From NCBI GenBank assembly GCA_965215885.1, contig CBDCEW010000089.1, forward strand, positions 14,621 through 78,620: DNA of 64,000 nt, in the 5' to 3' direction. Position numbers and translations under genes: made by a program. This DNA comes from Candidatus Moanibacter sp. Its GTDB lineage: Bacteria; Verrucomicrobiota; Verrucomicrobiia; Opitutales; UBA2987. Positions 8,766-19,259 of this stretch are shown here, one piece after another; positions within the stretch are counted from its first letter, which is position 1, and the number at the start of each line of letters is the position of its first letter. A model generated the notes under the pieces. That model was given only the letters and a program-made list of their open reading frames with translations, did no database searches and was not told the origin of the DNA.

Positions 8766-9747
8766 AGGGGTCAGGCCTTTGTTTTTCTGTCAGCAATTTG
8801 AGGAACGGACAGCGTTTCCGGCAGAGGCGATTGTAAGCGTTTATGTTCGCACTTACGTATGCAGGAGAGCCGAGATTGAGATTCTTGCTCAGCCACCCGT
8901 TGCCTACGGCGGAACGCGATTTCAGAAAGGCTGCCAGCGCTATTTTCCACTCTTCGCATTTTCTCGTATACGGTATGTCTTCAGCTCCCTTTTTCAGAAT
9001 CTTCAGTCCGTGTTTTAACTCCTGAGTCCAGGCCACCTCACCATATTTTGACCAAATGACTGCAGCCTTCATGCGGGTTTGCTTTTCAGTTAGCTTCTGC
9101 AGAACTTGCTTGCCGTACTCGTCATTTCCGATCAACCAACCTTTACACAAGTCTTTCCACAGATTCTCCCGTTTCCTGGGATCGCCTTCGTCGACCGTGG
9201 ATAGGTATTTTCTGTACTTTCCAAGCCCTTTGGCACTATCGGACCAGCCTCCAGCCTGAGCCAACCAGAGCGCACAGGTCAGGCATTTGGGACGCCATTT
9301 CTTGCGAAAAAACCGGGGAAAGCTACTAAGCGGATAGGATCTCAGATCGGCTACGGTCAGTAGACCGGCCCGAACCGGATTCAGGTGTATGTAATTCACT
9401 ACCCTAAGTAAGGACTGACCGGGTTCGATGACCAGCGCCTTGTAACGTCCCTGAAAGACGTGACCCTGCTGGCCTGCGAATTTGTTGAATCGATTGGCGA
9501 ATGTACTTTGCAGCCACTGCATCCCGATTTGCAGGTTTGGTTCAATTGTCTCAAGGGCGAGATGAAAGTGATTACTCAAAATACAATAAGCGTGAAGGCG
9601 CCACCCAAACCGTTCACACGCGTCGAAAAGGGCGTTCTCAAAAGATTCACCTGTGCGATAAATATTGAACAAGTCCTGCCTGTAATTTCCTCTGTTCATT
9701 ACGTGATAGAGTGCTCCGGCAAACTCCAACCTTGGTTTTCTCGCCAT
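8725..9747 (-). CDS. REP-associated tyrosine transposase (Y1/HUH)
   Basis: MARKPR start, YHVMNRG, NHFHL (HUH), FQGRYKA, YIHLNPVRAG. The ORF reads through the TIR and stops at 8725. Confidence 0.93.
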   Translation of the reverse strand: MARKPRLEFAGALYHVMNRGNYRQDLFNIYRTGESFENALFDACERFGWRLHAYCILSNHFHLALETIEPNLQIGMQWLQSTFANRFNKFAGQQGHVFQGRYKALVIEPGQSLLRVVNYIHLNPVRAGLLTVADLRSYPLSSFPRFFRKKWRPKCLTCALWLAQAGGWSDSAKGLGKYRKYLSTVDEGDPRKRENLWKDLCKGWLIGNDEYGKQVLQKLTEKQTRMKAAVIWSKYGEVAWTQELKHGLKILKKGAEDIPYTRKCEEWKIALAAFLKSRSAVGNGWLSKNLNLGSPAYVSANINAYNRLCRKRCPFLKLLTEKQRPDPFDNREHKCGSTGS

Positions 9748-9809
9748 TCCTTCAATCAGGTCGAAGTTCCTTCTCATTGTCAATTAATAATACAAAGGCC
9801 TGACCCTTT
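8765..9809 (-). mobile_element. TIR-flanked HUH tyrosine-transposase (RAYT/TIRYT-type) element 1
   Basis: Inverted ends AAGGGGTCAGGCCTTTGT (8765-8782) and 9792-9809 (17/18 match) bracket the transposase. Confidence 0.85.
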
Positions 9810-10323
9810 ATCTTCGCGCCAGGACAGTCAATATGTCGACCAGGCGAAGATCGGGAAGAAGGAGAAGCACACTGAGCATCTGCATCTCGTTACGGTGTGG
9901 GTTCCACTGGTTGAAGCAACGGTGGAGAACGGCTGTTGCTGGGTCATTCCAGGGAGCCACCGTTGGGGTCTCCTGGAAGGTGCCCGGGGTGACGACAACA
10001 ACGTCCGGATGGAGGAGGACGTGGAAGCTCGAGGCACCCCGGTGGCGGTTCCGCTCATGCCGGGTGGCGCCCTTTTCATGTCCAATCTCTGCATTCACAC
10101 CAGCAAACTGAACACCGCTCAGGGCTGCCGCTGGAGCATCGACTTCCGACACTTCCCCACGCCGGACCGGGCCGTCCTGACCCAGGAGCAACGCGAGGAG
10201 GCCGAATTCGTGCAAAGCAAAACCCTGAAAGGCGGCCGGGTTCCGCTCATTGTTCTCACCGGGAGCCACAAGCCGATCTGGGAAGAGTGGGAAGCTGAGG
10301 TGCTCAAGTTGAAAACAGCTTAA
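9810..10323 (+). pseudogene. 5'-truncated phytanoyl-CoA dioxygenase-family fragment
   Basis: VTVWVPL..ATVENGCCWVIPGSH, H-x-S and RWSIDFR motifs; HxD reads RQD; no start codon, begins at the TIR. Confidence 0.8.
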
Positions 10324-10356
10324 GGATCGGATTTGATCGACCTTTCAGCTGATTCT

Positions 10357-10404
10357 AAGGGGTCAGGCCTTTGTTTTTCTGATCATCATTTTGAAGAATG
10401 GACA
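10357..10404. repeat. Orphan copy of the RAYT-1 end
   Basis: 25 bp identical to 8765-8789, then about 18/22 matching the RAYT 3' coding end. Confidence 0.85.
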
Positions 10405-10498
10405 TCTATGGCGGCGCAGATGAGACCGACAGATTTATTGCAGTCTGATGAAAAGAGTTCGAATAAGTCCGACGGGCTGCTAGACTGAGAATTGGGGC

Positions 10499-11183
10499 AT
10501 GATTCGCGGAATCCACCATACCAGTTTCACAGTGTCCAATCTCGAGGAGGCCGAGAAATTGTTTGTCGAGCTCTTCGGAATGAGGAGGATTGGAGGCGGG
10601 CGTTATGATTTCGAGTATATCGGATGCATGGTCGGATCTCCGGATGCTCACCTGGAGATCGCCGTTCTGGCTTATGAACCGGAAGGAGAAGGGAGTGATC
10701 GACAGATTCTGGAACTCGTCGAGTACAAGCACCCTCGAGGTGATCCTACGGACACGGAATTCAACCGGCCGGGAAATGCGCATCTCTGTTTTCTGGTGGA
10801 CGATATTGGGGCCGAGTACGAACGACTTCGAAGCAACGGAGTCTGCTTCAGGTCGCCGCCGCAGGAAATAACGTATGGGATCAACAAGGGTGGTGGAGCC
10901 GTCTACTTTAATGGATTGAGCCTGGTCGAACAGATTTTAATAAAATAGCCGGCCCAGGGCATCGAGTTTCTCATCGCTTAGGCGTAGCCTGTCGAAATCG
11001 TCGATTGGTCCGTAGCTGGTAACGGGAACTCTGGAATGCAGACGGGGTCCGAAAAGCTACTCGCCCGACTTGAGAAAAATCATTTTTTGGCTTGATAAAA
11101 AGTTCGCAACATGCTGTTTAACAACCTAAGATTAAGAAAGGAGTTGGATTGGAACTTCTGCAACGACCTGGGGGGCGAGATTG
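10499..11183 (+). pseudogene. VOC/glyoxalase-family gene split near its C-terminus
   Basis: IHHTSFTV, LELVEY, HLCFLVDD motifs up to GAVYFNG (~10914); the expected tail LELLQRPGGRD* lies at 11149-11183 after jumbled DNA. Confidence 0.7.
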
Positions 11184-11201
11184 AGCCTGGTCGAACAGAT
11201 T

Positions 11202-11435
11202 TTAATAAAATAGCCGGCCCAGGGCATCGAGTTTCTCATCGCTGAGGTAGGCGTAGCGATTGATCCATAGCCGTTCCTTAGAACCAGAATAAACCGATTT
11301 CGCCCGGGCCACGAAATCGTCGATTGGTCCGTAGCTGGTAACGGGAACTCTGGAATGCAGATTGTCGAGAAGCGCTTCCACTCCTTCGGGTTGGATGAAT
11401 TCTGGAAGGACGGTAATTCCTAGCAAAGGAGGCAT
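11202..11435 (-). pseudogene. Short hypothetical ORF, possibly an internally deleted gene
   Basis: Protein-like 77 aa ORF downstream of the sulfotransferase; partly duplicated at 10914-11042. Confidence 0.45.
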
Positions 11436-11494
11436 GGTGACGATTCCGCGAAGTTTTACTTTTATTGGCCTGGAAATCCTGGGAGATTTCCAGG

Positions 11495-12217
11495 CTATTC
11501 CGAGTCGTAGCCGTATTCCCTCAATTCATCTTTGAAGCATGAGAGATTGGTGTCGATCTCACTACCTTTGTAGCGGCCTACTGAGTCCGAGCGCATGTCG
11601 ATCCTCGCCAGCGGAATACCTAGAAACTCTTCCAATCTTTCAAGTGTCCTCTCCTGCTCCAGCACCATCTCTTCGAAGCGCACCTTGATGAAATGTCTCG
11701 GCGTTGGCGTTTGTTTTACCAGTTCGTGCTGGTACTTCCAACTGATCGCGCGTCTTTCGTAAACATCGTCGGTGGGCGGATAATCAATTCCAAAGTCCGC
11801 CAGATCATCGGTTTTATGTGTCTTCAGGATTCCGTCGCGGGGATTGCGCACCCAGTAAATGTAATGGATTTCGGGAAACATCCTTACGATCCAGGGAAAA
11901 ACCAGTGTCGTTTCGGGTATCTTCCAACCCCGCCAGGGCGCGTCGCTTTCGAGGACGGACGATAGAAATGATTCGATCAGTCGCGTGAATGCGGGATCGA
12001 TCGGGCCGGTCTGCAAGTCTGAAAAGTCCCACCGTAGGTCACCGAGGTAGGTGACGCGTCTGGCCATGACGCGACAGGCCTCGTAGATCGCCTCGGGTGG
12101 TAAAAGATCGCCGGACTGGTTGAGTCGCTCTCCCATGTATACACCACTTTCGCTGAGGGTGTGAGACATGGCCCGAGTCCCTGAGTGTCCGCGCCCGATG
12201 ACGGTCACGATTTCCAT
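11495..12217 (-). CDS. Sulfotransferase-family protein
   Basis: IGRGHSGT (PAPS-binding loop), WGWKIP, VRNPRD, VRFEE. Confidence 0.85.
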   Translation of the reverse strand: MEIVTVIGRGHSGTRAMSHTLSESGVYMGERLNQSGDLLPPEAIYEACRVMARRVTYLGDLRWDFSDLQTGPIDPAFTRLIESFLSSVLESDAPWRGWKIPETTLVFPWIVRMFPEIHYIYWVRNPRDGILKTHKTDDLADFGIDYPPTDDVYERRAISWKYQHELVKQTPTPRHFIKVRFEEMVLEQERTLERLEEFLGIPLARIDMRSDSVGRYKGSEIDTNLSCFKDELREYGYDSE

Positions 12218-12438
12218 TTCACTCTTATCGCATAACGGGAATCCCGCCAGACGGGATCATCAGTTATGGCTACCAATCTTTCTTCCTTACACTGCGATAT
12301 TAACAATCTGTCGAATGGATCTCGATGGACGAAAGGTAACCGCATAACTCCGGTTGCATGCTCGTAACGAACATCAAGTACTTGAAAGTCTTGTTCTTCA
12401 AGTTCTTGCCTGAATTTTCCACCTAACCCTTTCGGCAA
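12205..12438 (-). pseudogene. VapC/PIN toxin C-terminal remnant
   Basis: LPFVHRDPFDRLLISQ; the N-terminal LDT motif is absent. Confidence 0.75.
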
Positions 12439-12492
12439 TTCAAGTGTTCCTTCGCATGGCTTCTATGACACGATCGTTGGGGCGCCGTGCTC

Positions 12493-12843
12493 TTAAGCTG
12501 TCTCCGTCTTGTCCCGACCTTTGAGTTCGTCTCCTATCTGCTGGAGATATTCGTAACTGTAAATACCGGTCCTGTGGTCGTCCGAAAAGTGGAATCTTAT
12601 CGCGTAGTTACCAACATATTCCCAACGCTTGACTTCGACACCCGGAAATTCGCGGGGTCCGTCTCCACCATAAAGGTTTCCCAGTATATCGCGCTCGCCA
12701 ACGTTTTCCGCACTCGGCGAGCAAGCACGAAGGGTCTCCATGGGGTAATAGTCTTCTCTTCCGCCCTCCCAGAGGATCGCAACCTCGCGACCGATTATCT
12801 GGATGTCCTTCGGTGGGTTCATCAAATCTTCTGTTTGGGCCAA
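12493..12843 (-). CDS. DUF971/GBBH N-terminal-like protein
   Basis: LRACSPSA, VGNYAIRFHFSDDHRTGIYSYEYL. Confidence 0.85.
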   Translation of the reverse strand: MAQTEDLMNPPKDIQIIGREVAILWEGGREDYYPMETLRACSPSAENVGERDILGNLYGGDGPREFPGVEVKRWEYVGNYAIRFHFSDDHRTGIYSYEYLQQIGDELKGRDKTETA

Positions 12844-12990
12844 ACCTCAAGTCGAGCGCTTTGGATTCGTTGGTGCCCGTTGGGCAAAAATTGCGTCTTT
12901 GAAGTCATAGTTCAAGTCAGTCGGTCCAAGGGCGCTTGCCGGATCAAATTCTGCCGTACGGTAGAGTGAAATTATCGGCGTTGAGGAGGA

Positions 12991-13014
12991 CGAAAAGCTT
13001 CCGCTTTCCGCTAC
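12991..13014 (-). repeat. GTAG-type REP (GTAGCGGAAAGCGGAAGCTTTTCG)
   Basis: Same unit occurs at 27589-27653 (doublet) and 31888-31910. Confidence 0.85.
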
Positions 13015-13323
13015 CCTCTTGGATTCGGCATGTAAATTGAAGTATAAACCCCAATGTCGCAAACGCCTTCGAATGGGCGGATGTTTTATTGTTTATAATC
13101 AGAATGTTATGAAATTTTCTGGGTGTTTTGAAACCCTCACCGAAAGTGACAATTACGGCAGGCTCATTCGAAGGCTAAAACCGACAAGCGCGAATAGCTG
13201 CGTTCCAGCCCGCAAACCGCTTGGTTGCGTAGGCTACTACGCGCCTGCGCAGGTTTGCGGTCTGCGCCTTGCTCTTCATCACTTCTCGATTTTTTGCAAC
13301 AATGGGGTAAAGTCAGATCCAAA

Positions 13324-14262
13324 TTAGGTGTCGAGCGCTTGTTTCAGGCATTCCTTCAATCCGGCCAGCGTTTGGCGGGTGCAGTCTTCGCGGGTCATAC
13401 CGGGTTCGGACCAGTGTGTTTCTACTGTCACTACCCCTTCATATTCATCAGACAGGAGAGCACGGAGTTGGCCGACATAATCGACGCCCCCACTTCCGAT
13501 GCATTCCCATCGGGTAAGTCCCGTCTCCTGATCTTCCACGACGGCATCTTTGACATGAATTTCTCCAATGTGGGACTTTACAGCCTCGTAGCCCTCTGGA
13601 AAAGGTTCCCCACCCGAGACATAGCAGTTAGCAGGATCCCATATCGCCATGAGGGAAGAGCGATTCACCGCGTTGACGATCCGCGCGAGGTTGGCGCCGG
13701 AATTTCCCCAGCAGGATCGGACGTTTTCCAGCAGCAGCGTCATTCCCGCCGCTTCGGCTTCACCGGCAGCGTATTGCAAACCCTCTATGACTTTCTCAAA
13801 GATATCTTCCGGAATCTCACCACCCTGTGGAAGTCGGGGAGAAGGATTGCCCATGGTTTTCATGTCGCTGCGTCGAAATGAGAACATTCGTATCTTAGAA
13901 ACGCCGAATATTGGCGCCAGTTCAAAGGTTCGTCGCAGGATATTCATATGTTCCTGAAAGGCAGGATCTTTGGCGACTGAACCCACACTCAACTCATCTA
14001 ACAAAACCACTTTGAACGCGGGAGGGCAGAGGGCAAACGTTGCGAGGCCATGGTCCCGAACGAGAGCCGCCAATTCTTCCGCTTCGGAATCGCTCAACTC
14101 CCAGACGTTTCGCTCGCCGACATCATTGAAGTCGACATACCGAAATCCCATTTCCTTTGCCAAAGGGATCGAAATTGAAGCATCCCTGTGGATCTCGTCG
14201 GTGATCACTCCGAGAGAGAAGGGAGCTGTTTCGAAAATTTTGGAGCTCGGTGGAGAATTCAT
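13324..14262 (-). CDS. Sugar phosphate isomerase/epimerase (xylose isomerase-like TIM barrel)
   Basis: GVITDEI, LLLEN, WDPAN, IHVKD and VETH motifs. Confidence 0.88.
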   Translation of the reverse strand: MNSPPSSKIFETAPFSLGVITDEIHRDASISIPLAKEMGFRYVDFNDVGERNVWELSDSEAEELAALVRDHGLATFALCPPAFKVVLLDELSVGSVAKDPAFQEHMNILRRTFELAPIFGVSKIRMFSFRRSDMKTMGNPSPRLPQGGEIPEDIFEKVIEGLQYAAGEAEAAGMTLLLENVRSCWGNSGANLARIVNAVNRSSLMAIWDPANCYVSGGEPFPEGYEAVKSHIGEIHVKDAVVEDQETGLTRWECIGSGGVDYVGQLRALLSDEYEGVVTVETHWSEPGMTREDCTRQTLAGLKECLKQALDT

Positions 14263-14300
14263 TGTGTTTTAAATCGGAATACATCCGCGCAAGTTTCACT

Positions 14301-14687
14301 CTACCAATCAACTCTAACGTCAGGATAAGACTTTATCACTGGATCAGGGGTTGCGATCCGTAGCCCCATTACCTGCGACGTGGCGATGATTATGCGATCG
14401 CAGGGATCTTGATGGATATTCGGCAACAGGCATGCCTTTACTCCAAGTTCTATTGTTACCGGTATCTCTGTAATGCCGTGATGTTCTAGTGCACGTCGCA
14501 ACCATTCTAACGGAGATTGCGGTAGTTGCAGCCTTCTCTTGGCGTATTTCACCCCTATCTCAAATCCAGATATTGCTGACAAGTATAAGCTATCGCCATT
14601 CCTTCGAATGACACTCTTTGCCTTTCCTGAGATTCGGTCGTCCTCGCCAACAAGCCAGAGCAGCGTGCATGTGTCGAGCAGCACCAT
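14301..14687 (-). CDS. vapC: VapC/PIN toxin
   Basis: LLDTCTLLW, SAISGFEI, HQDPCDRIIIA. Confidence 0.9.
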   Translation of the reverse strand: MVLLDTCTLLWLVGEDDRISGKAKSVIRRNGDSLYLSAISGFEIGVKYAKRRLQLPQSPLEWLRRALEHHGITEIPVTIELGVKACLLPNIHQDPCDRIIIATSQVMGLRIATPDPVIKSYPDVRVDW

Positions 14688-14702
14688 CGCTATCTTCCTC
14701 TC

Positions 14703-14973
<271 letters not shown>

Positions 14974-15357
14974 TAAAAATGGCTGTGAATTCGAAGAGGA
15001 ATGAACGAAAAACTCAGATTCTGTGCCGATCACGTTGGATACACCTCGGCGAAACTTTGAGGTCATGTAGCCTTGGGTTTCAGGCCGGTGGCAGGGAACA
15101 AACCATTGATAAATTAGTGTTCCGCCAATCGGGAGTGGCAGTGAAGGGTCAAAGTGTCAGCGATCACAGCGTCGCGGATCATTGCAATCCTGGATTGCTT
15201 CGTCATGCTTCCTCGCAATGACAGGTCTCGTGTGGTGTTTTAGATGCATGATCCAGTATTGTGCGATTTTGGCGCGAATGATGGTAGAGGAAGGAAAGAG
15301 TACCTAAGGTCATTAGTTGGTATCGAATTCAATCTGAACCCTGAAAACCCGTCAGGA

Positions 15358-15420
15358 TGTAGGAGAGGCTTTAGGCCTCGATCCGAGCTTCTTCAATCGC
15401 GGGATCAACCCGCTCCTACA
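15358..15420. repeat. GTAG REP doublet (REPIN-like)
   Basis: TGTAGGAG...CTCCTACA ends; each half forms a small hairpin. Confidence 0.8.
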
Positions 15421-15548
15421 GCCCTCGCGGGTGTTCGAACAGGAGTAGGTTTTCAACGGAGGATTCGTCTTCAATTCGCCCTACATGGCGAAGATGGAGG
15501 CGTAGCAGAGCGAAACGGGAAAGGTTGTGAATCTTATGGAACAAAGGT

Positions 15549-16805
15549 TCACGACCTTCCAATACAGTATAGACTCTCGCCCGTCCGTATATACAGCTTT
15601 CCTTGCGAAGCGACGATGGAGGAGCGGCAGGGGTACTCTCCCATCTCGATTCTTGATAGGATCCTGAGTTCATCTGTGGCTGCCAGAACAACGACTTCAC
15701 CATCTGCGCTGATACAGTAGATTTTTCCATCGGCGGCCATTGGCGAAGCGCGCAGAAAAGTTCGCACTTCGAGTGGAGTCTGCCAGATGACTTTTCCCGT
15801 TACCGGGTTCAGGCTCGTGATAACCTTTCTCTTACCCGCCAGTAGGAAGAGCCGGTCCTTGTAATAAACAGGGGTAGGAATATCCGCTGTGGGATGGTCA
15901 AAGGTCCAGGCCAGTTTCGGAACTTTCTCTCCAAGCCGCAAGGCATAGAGAGGCGCCAATTGAGGCGCGTTTATGTAGACGAATCCGTCTCCCACCACTG
16001 GAGATGCCACGGCCCGGAAATTCTCGCGTCTATGTGGATTAAGTGTACCCCATCGCCAGCGCTCCGAACCTGAGAGTGGGTCGTGCGCGGTCAAATGGTC
16101 GCCCCCAAGAATCAGGATGAGTGATTCCTTACCGTTTCGGAGTGGTAGTGGTGTCGTGTAGGCCTCGCGAGATTCCGCGCGGGCGTCTGATCTCCTTGAT
16201 ATTTTCCAGATATTCTCGCCCGTCGCCGGATCGATGCAGAGCACATAGGCATCGCTTCGATGCAGGACCTGCACGTAGAGCCGATTATCATAAAGAAGCG
16301 GACTACTGGCATAACCCCAGTTGATACTGAACTTCCCATACTCGTCCTGAAAATTCCGGTGCCAGATTGCGCGGCCGTTCAGGTCAAAGGCCGCCAGGTC
16401 GCCTGTGCCAAAGAGGAAGATGGCCCTCTTTCCATCGGATACTGCGGATGGTTCAGTCATAAAGTTTTCGCGTCCATAGCCCTGATTCAGTTCTCCATAT
16501 CCAATTGGAATATTCCATAAGACTTTGCCTCCTTTACGGTCCAGGGCCATAGCGGAAATTTCGGACGATGTGCGGTCGAGTGCGGTGATGAAAATGAAAT
16601 CACCAACGACTGCCGGGGTTGCGGAACTCGGCCCCGGCAAAGGCGTCTTCCATAGGACATTCTCCGTCGTGCTCCAATTTACGGGGAGATTGGTTTCGTT
16701 TGTGGAGCCGTTGAAATCGGGCCCTCGAAACTGTGGCCAGTCGGCTGCTTCGATACCGTAGAATGAGCATGCAACGATGATCGTAGTTAGGATTTCCCTC
16801 TTCAT
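15549..16805 (-). CDS. Secreted PQQ-binding-like beta-propeller (BamB-like)
   Basis: Signal peptide, DWPQFRGP, repeated G..IW and SP motifs. Confidence 0.9.
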   Translation of the reverse strand: MKREILTTIIVACSFYGIEAADWPQFRGPDFNGSTNETNLPVNWSTTENVLWKTPLPGPSSATPAVVGDFIFITALDRTSSEISAMALDRKGGKVLWNIPIGYGELNQGYGRENFMTEPSAVSDGKRAIFLFGTGDLAAFDLNGRAIWHRNFQDEYGKFSINWGYASSPLLYDNRLYVQVLHRSDAYVLCIDPATGENIWKISRRSDARAESREAYTTPLPLRNGKESLILILGGDHLTAHDPLSGSERWRWGTLNPHRRENFRAVASPVVGDGFVYINAPQLAPLYALRLGEKVPKLAWTFDHPTADIPTPVYYKDRLFLLAGKRKVITSLNPVTGKVIWQTPLEVRTFLRASPMAADGKIYCISADGEVVVLAATDELRILSRIEMGEYPCRSSIVASQGKLYIRTGESLYCIGRS

Positions 16806-16933
16806 GATGGTAATCGGAAGTTTGTTCTATTCGTTTGTTTGACGTCGACTTTTTGAGCCTTGCAGCTTTCCGTGAAAGCACCATTACATACCGGGCGAGC
16901 GACGACATCAACACAATTTGCCCACCTACATCG

Positions 16934-18055
16934 ATGCCCCTTCCTAGAGACCTTCCCCTCCACACCGTGACGCTCAGGGTCGAACAACTGCGGGAGGTGG
17001 GAACTCGATTACTTCTTGCGCCGGAATTGGGTGTAGATACCGAATCTGCGCAGGCGGTCACGGATGAGTTGGTTAAGGCGGAGATGGCTGGGTATCCAAG
17101 CCACGGGTTTTCCCGGTTCGTGCGATATGTGCAATACATTCTTGGCGGCCATATCAATCCGAAAGCCGGCATCGAAGTCATTCCAACGAGGAAGAACGGC
17201 GGCGCCATCGTGGACGGCAATTTTCATTTTGGACAGGTGATCATGCGAAGAGTCGTAGAGGTCGCACTCGAAGGGATGAAGCAAAATGCCGTCTTCACCG
17301 TAATCGTTAGGAGAGCCAACCACATCGGCCGTCTCGCATCCTATTTAGAGATGGCTGCCGAAGAGGGATTTATTGCCAAGGCCGAGGCTAATGTGGTCGG
17401 TCAGCCGAGAGTAGTGCCCTATGGGAGCATTGAGTCGCGCCTCGGGACGGAGCCGCACGGTGCGGCAGTTCCTTGCGGAGATGATCCACCCCTCGTCTAT
17501 GACGCCTCAACGGCCTCCATCGTGGAAGGGAATTGCAACATCCTGCGGATGGCGGGTTTGCCGGTGCCGAAGGGTCTGCTATTGGACTGTTGTGGAATTC
17601 CGACCGTCGATCCAATGGTTTTATATCTTGACGACGAAAAGCGCGGGGGAATACTCCCACTCGGACTCGCGGAGCTGGGATACCGCGGATCGGGACACGC
17701 TGTTCTGATCAATGCCGTGACTGGAATTTTAGCCCAAACCGGTTTCGGCAAACTTCAGCGTGTAACCGGGACCAACGGGGTGTGGTTCAATCTGACCGAT
17801 TTGCGAGAGTTTGTCGATTATGATGATTATGTGCGAGATTTGAAGAGCTACATCGATTATCTGAAGAGTTCAAAACGAGCGGATCCGAGTGTGCCGATCC
17901 TGCTCCCCGGGGAAGGATCGAGGCAGCGCTCGGCTGAGGCGGAGGTGAATGGCGTCCGGCTCCCTCATATCGTTTGGGAGGAAACAAAAAACACGGCGAA
18001 CCGAGTGGGCGTTTCGCTCGATGACATCGTCCCAATCTCGGAGTCGACTACTTGA
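16934..18055 (+). CDS. Ldh_2-family (type 2 malate/L-lactate) oxidoreductase
   Basis: GYPSHG, NHIGRL, LGT-x-P, LLPGE. Start moved to ATG 16934. Confidence 0.85.
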   Translation: MPLPRDLPLHTVTLRVEQLREVGTRLLLAPELGVDTESAQAVTDELVKAEMAGYPSHGFSRFVRYVQYILGGHINPKAGIEVIPTRKNGGAIVDGNFHFGQVIMRRVVEVALEGMKQNAVFTVIVRRANHIGRLASYLEMAAEEGFIAKAEANVVGQPRVVPYGSIESRLGTEPHGAAVPCGDDPPLVYDASTASIVEGNCNILRMAGLPVPKGLLLDCCGIPTVDPMVLYLDDEKRGGILPLGLAELGYRGSGHAVLINAVTGILAQTGFGKLQRVTGTNGVWFNLTDLREFVDYDDYVRDLKSYIDYLKSSKRADPSVPILLPGEGSRQRSAEAEVNGVRLPHIVWEETKNTANRVGVSLDDIVPISESTT

Positions 18056-18060
18056 ATCAA

Positions 18061-18882
18061 ATGAAGAACAAATTCACGCTGAAATACGCGCCGCACTTTG
18101 GTATGTTTAAAGAGAGCGCAGGCGACAGTCTGACTGATCAGCTTAAGTTTTCGTCGGATGTCGGATTTTCCGCTTTCGAAGATAATCAGATGCCGAAGCG
18201 CGAGGTTTCGGTGCAAAACCAGGTTGCGTCAGAAATGGAGCGACTCGAAATGGAAATGGGAGTATTCGTGGCGTCGGCGAGTTTCACGGACGTGACCTTC
18301 GCAGGGGACGATAAAGATGCGAAGGAGAGAGTTGTAGCCGATATGGAAAATGCCGTCGAGGTCGCCAAGAGAGTGAACGCCAGGTGGTGCACCGTCGTGC
18401 CCGGTCTCTACGACCTGAAGCTGGACTGGGACTATCAGACCGTGAATGTCGTCGATCTTCTCAAGCGTTGTTGCGAAATATGCGAAGAAACAGGTCTCGT
18501 CATGGTGCTGGAGCCGCTCAACCGGCTCATTAATCACCCGCGTGTGTTTCTCGCCAAGGCTTCTCAGGCATACATGATTTGCAAGGCGGTCGATCACCCA
18601 TGTTGTAAGATTCTTCACGATATCTATCATCAGCAGATTACGGAAGGTAATCTGATTCCCAATATCGAGCAGTGCTATTCCGAAATACCGTATTTTCAGT
18701 CTGGAGATAACCCCGGGCGTAAGGAACCGACGACGGGAGAGATCAACTATCGAAATGTATTTCGGTTCATCCATGAGAAGGGTTACGAGGGTCTGGTGGG
18801 AATGGAACACGGCAACAGCCGCCCGGGACGGGAGGGAGAACAGGCTGTGATTGATGCCTACGTGGAATGTGATGCTTTTTAA
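18061..18882 (+). CDS. Hydroxypyruvate isomerase-family TIM-barrel protein
   Basis: VLEPLN, DIYHQQITEGN, DNPGRKEPTTGEINY, GMEH. Confidence 0.9.
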   Translation: MKNKFTLKYAPHFGMFKESAGDSLTDQLKFSSDVGFSAFEDNQMPKREVSVQNQVASEMERLEMEMGVFVASASFTDVTFAGDDKDAKERVVADMENAVEVAKRVNARWCTVVPGLYDLKLDWDYQTVNVVDLLKRCCEICEETGLVMVLEPLNRLINHPRVFLAKASQAYMICKAVDHPCCKILHDIYHQQITEGNLIPNIEQCYSEIPYFQSGDNPGRKEPTTGEINYRNVFRFIHEKGYEGLVGMEHGNSRPGREGEQAVIDAYVECDAF

Positions 18883-18973
18883 ACTTGGAGATTTCCAATT
18901 CCGACTCACCGAGAATGGGTAGCTGACTTGACTTTATTATCATCGTGCGCGGGTACCTGTTTAGCGTTTCTGA

Positions 18974-19162
18974 GGCTGCCCCGGTCTTGTGCCGGGGCGG
19001 CGCACGATATTCAGCTACAATACGCGATTGCCACCGCGCACCCCTCCACCGATCCTTTCTCGCCTCAGCCGGAACACGGCTGAGGCGAGAAAGGATCGGT
19101 GGAGGGGTTGGTAGAGGCACACGGTTTATAGCAGGGAACGCGCGCCACCCCGGCACAAGACC
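18974..19162. repeat. Nested palindromic element B, right arm cut by a transposon end
   Basis: Outer arms homologous to element A; perfect 32 bp inner inverted repeat at 19040-19071 / 19077-19108. Confidence 0.92.
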
Positions 19163-19259
19163 CATCGTTCTGAATTTCGGTTGGCACGCAAATTGCGTGG
19201 AGTTCTCTGGTTAGAGCATGAAGAAAATGGGGAGCAGAGGGAGGGCACTGGAGTCGTTG

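Noticed and set aside
9460..9809. 5' half of the 287 aa ORF 9460-10323
   Set aside because: It is the antisense of the RAYT gene; only the part after the TIR is PhyH-like.
15155..15223. TGTCA...GATTGCTTCGTC...CCTCGCAATGACA repeat-like segment
   Set aside because: Resembles a known palindromic repeat type but is degenerate and single-copy in this window.
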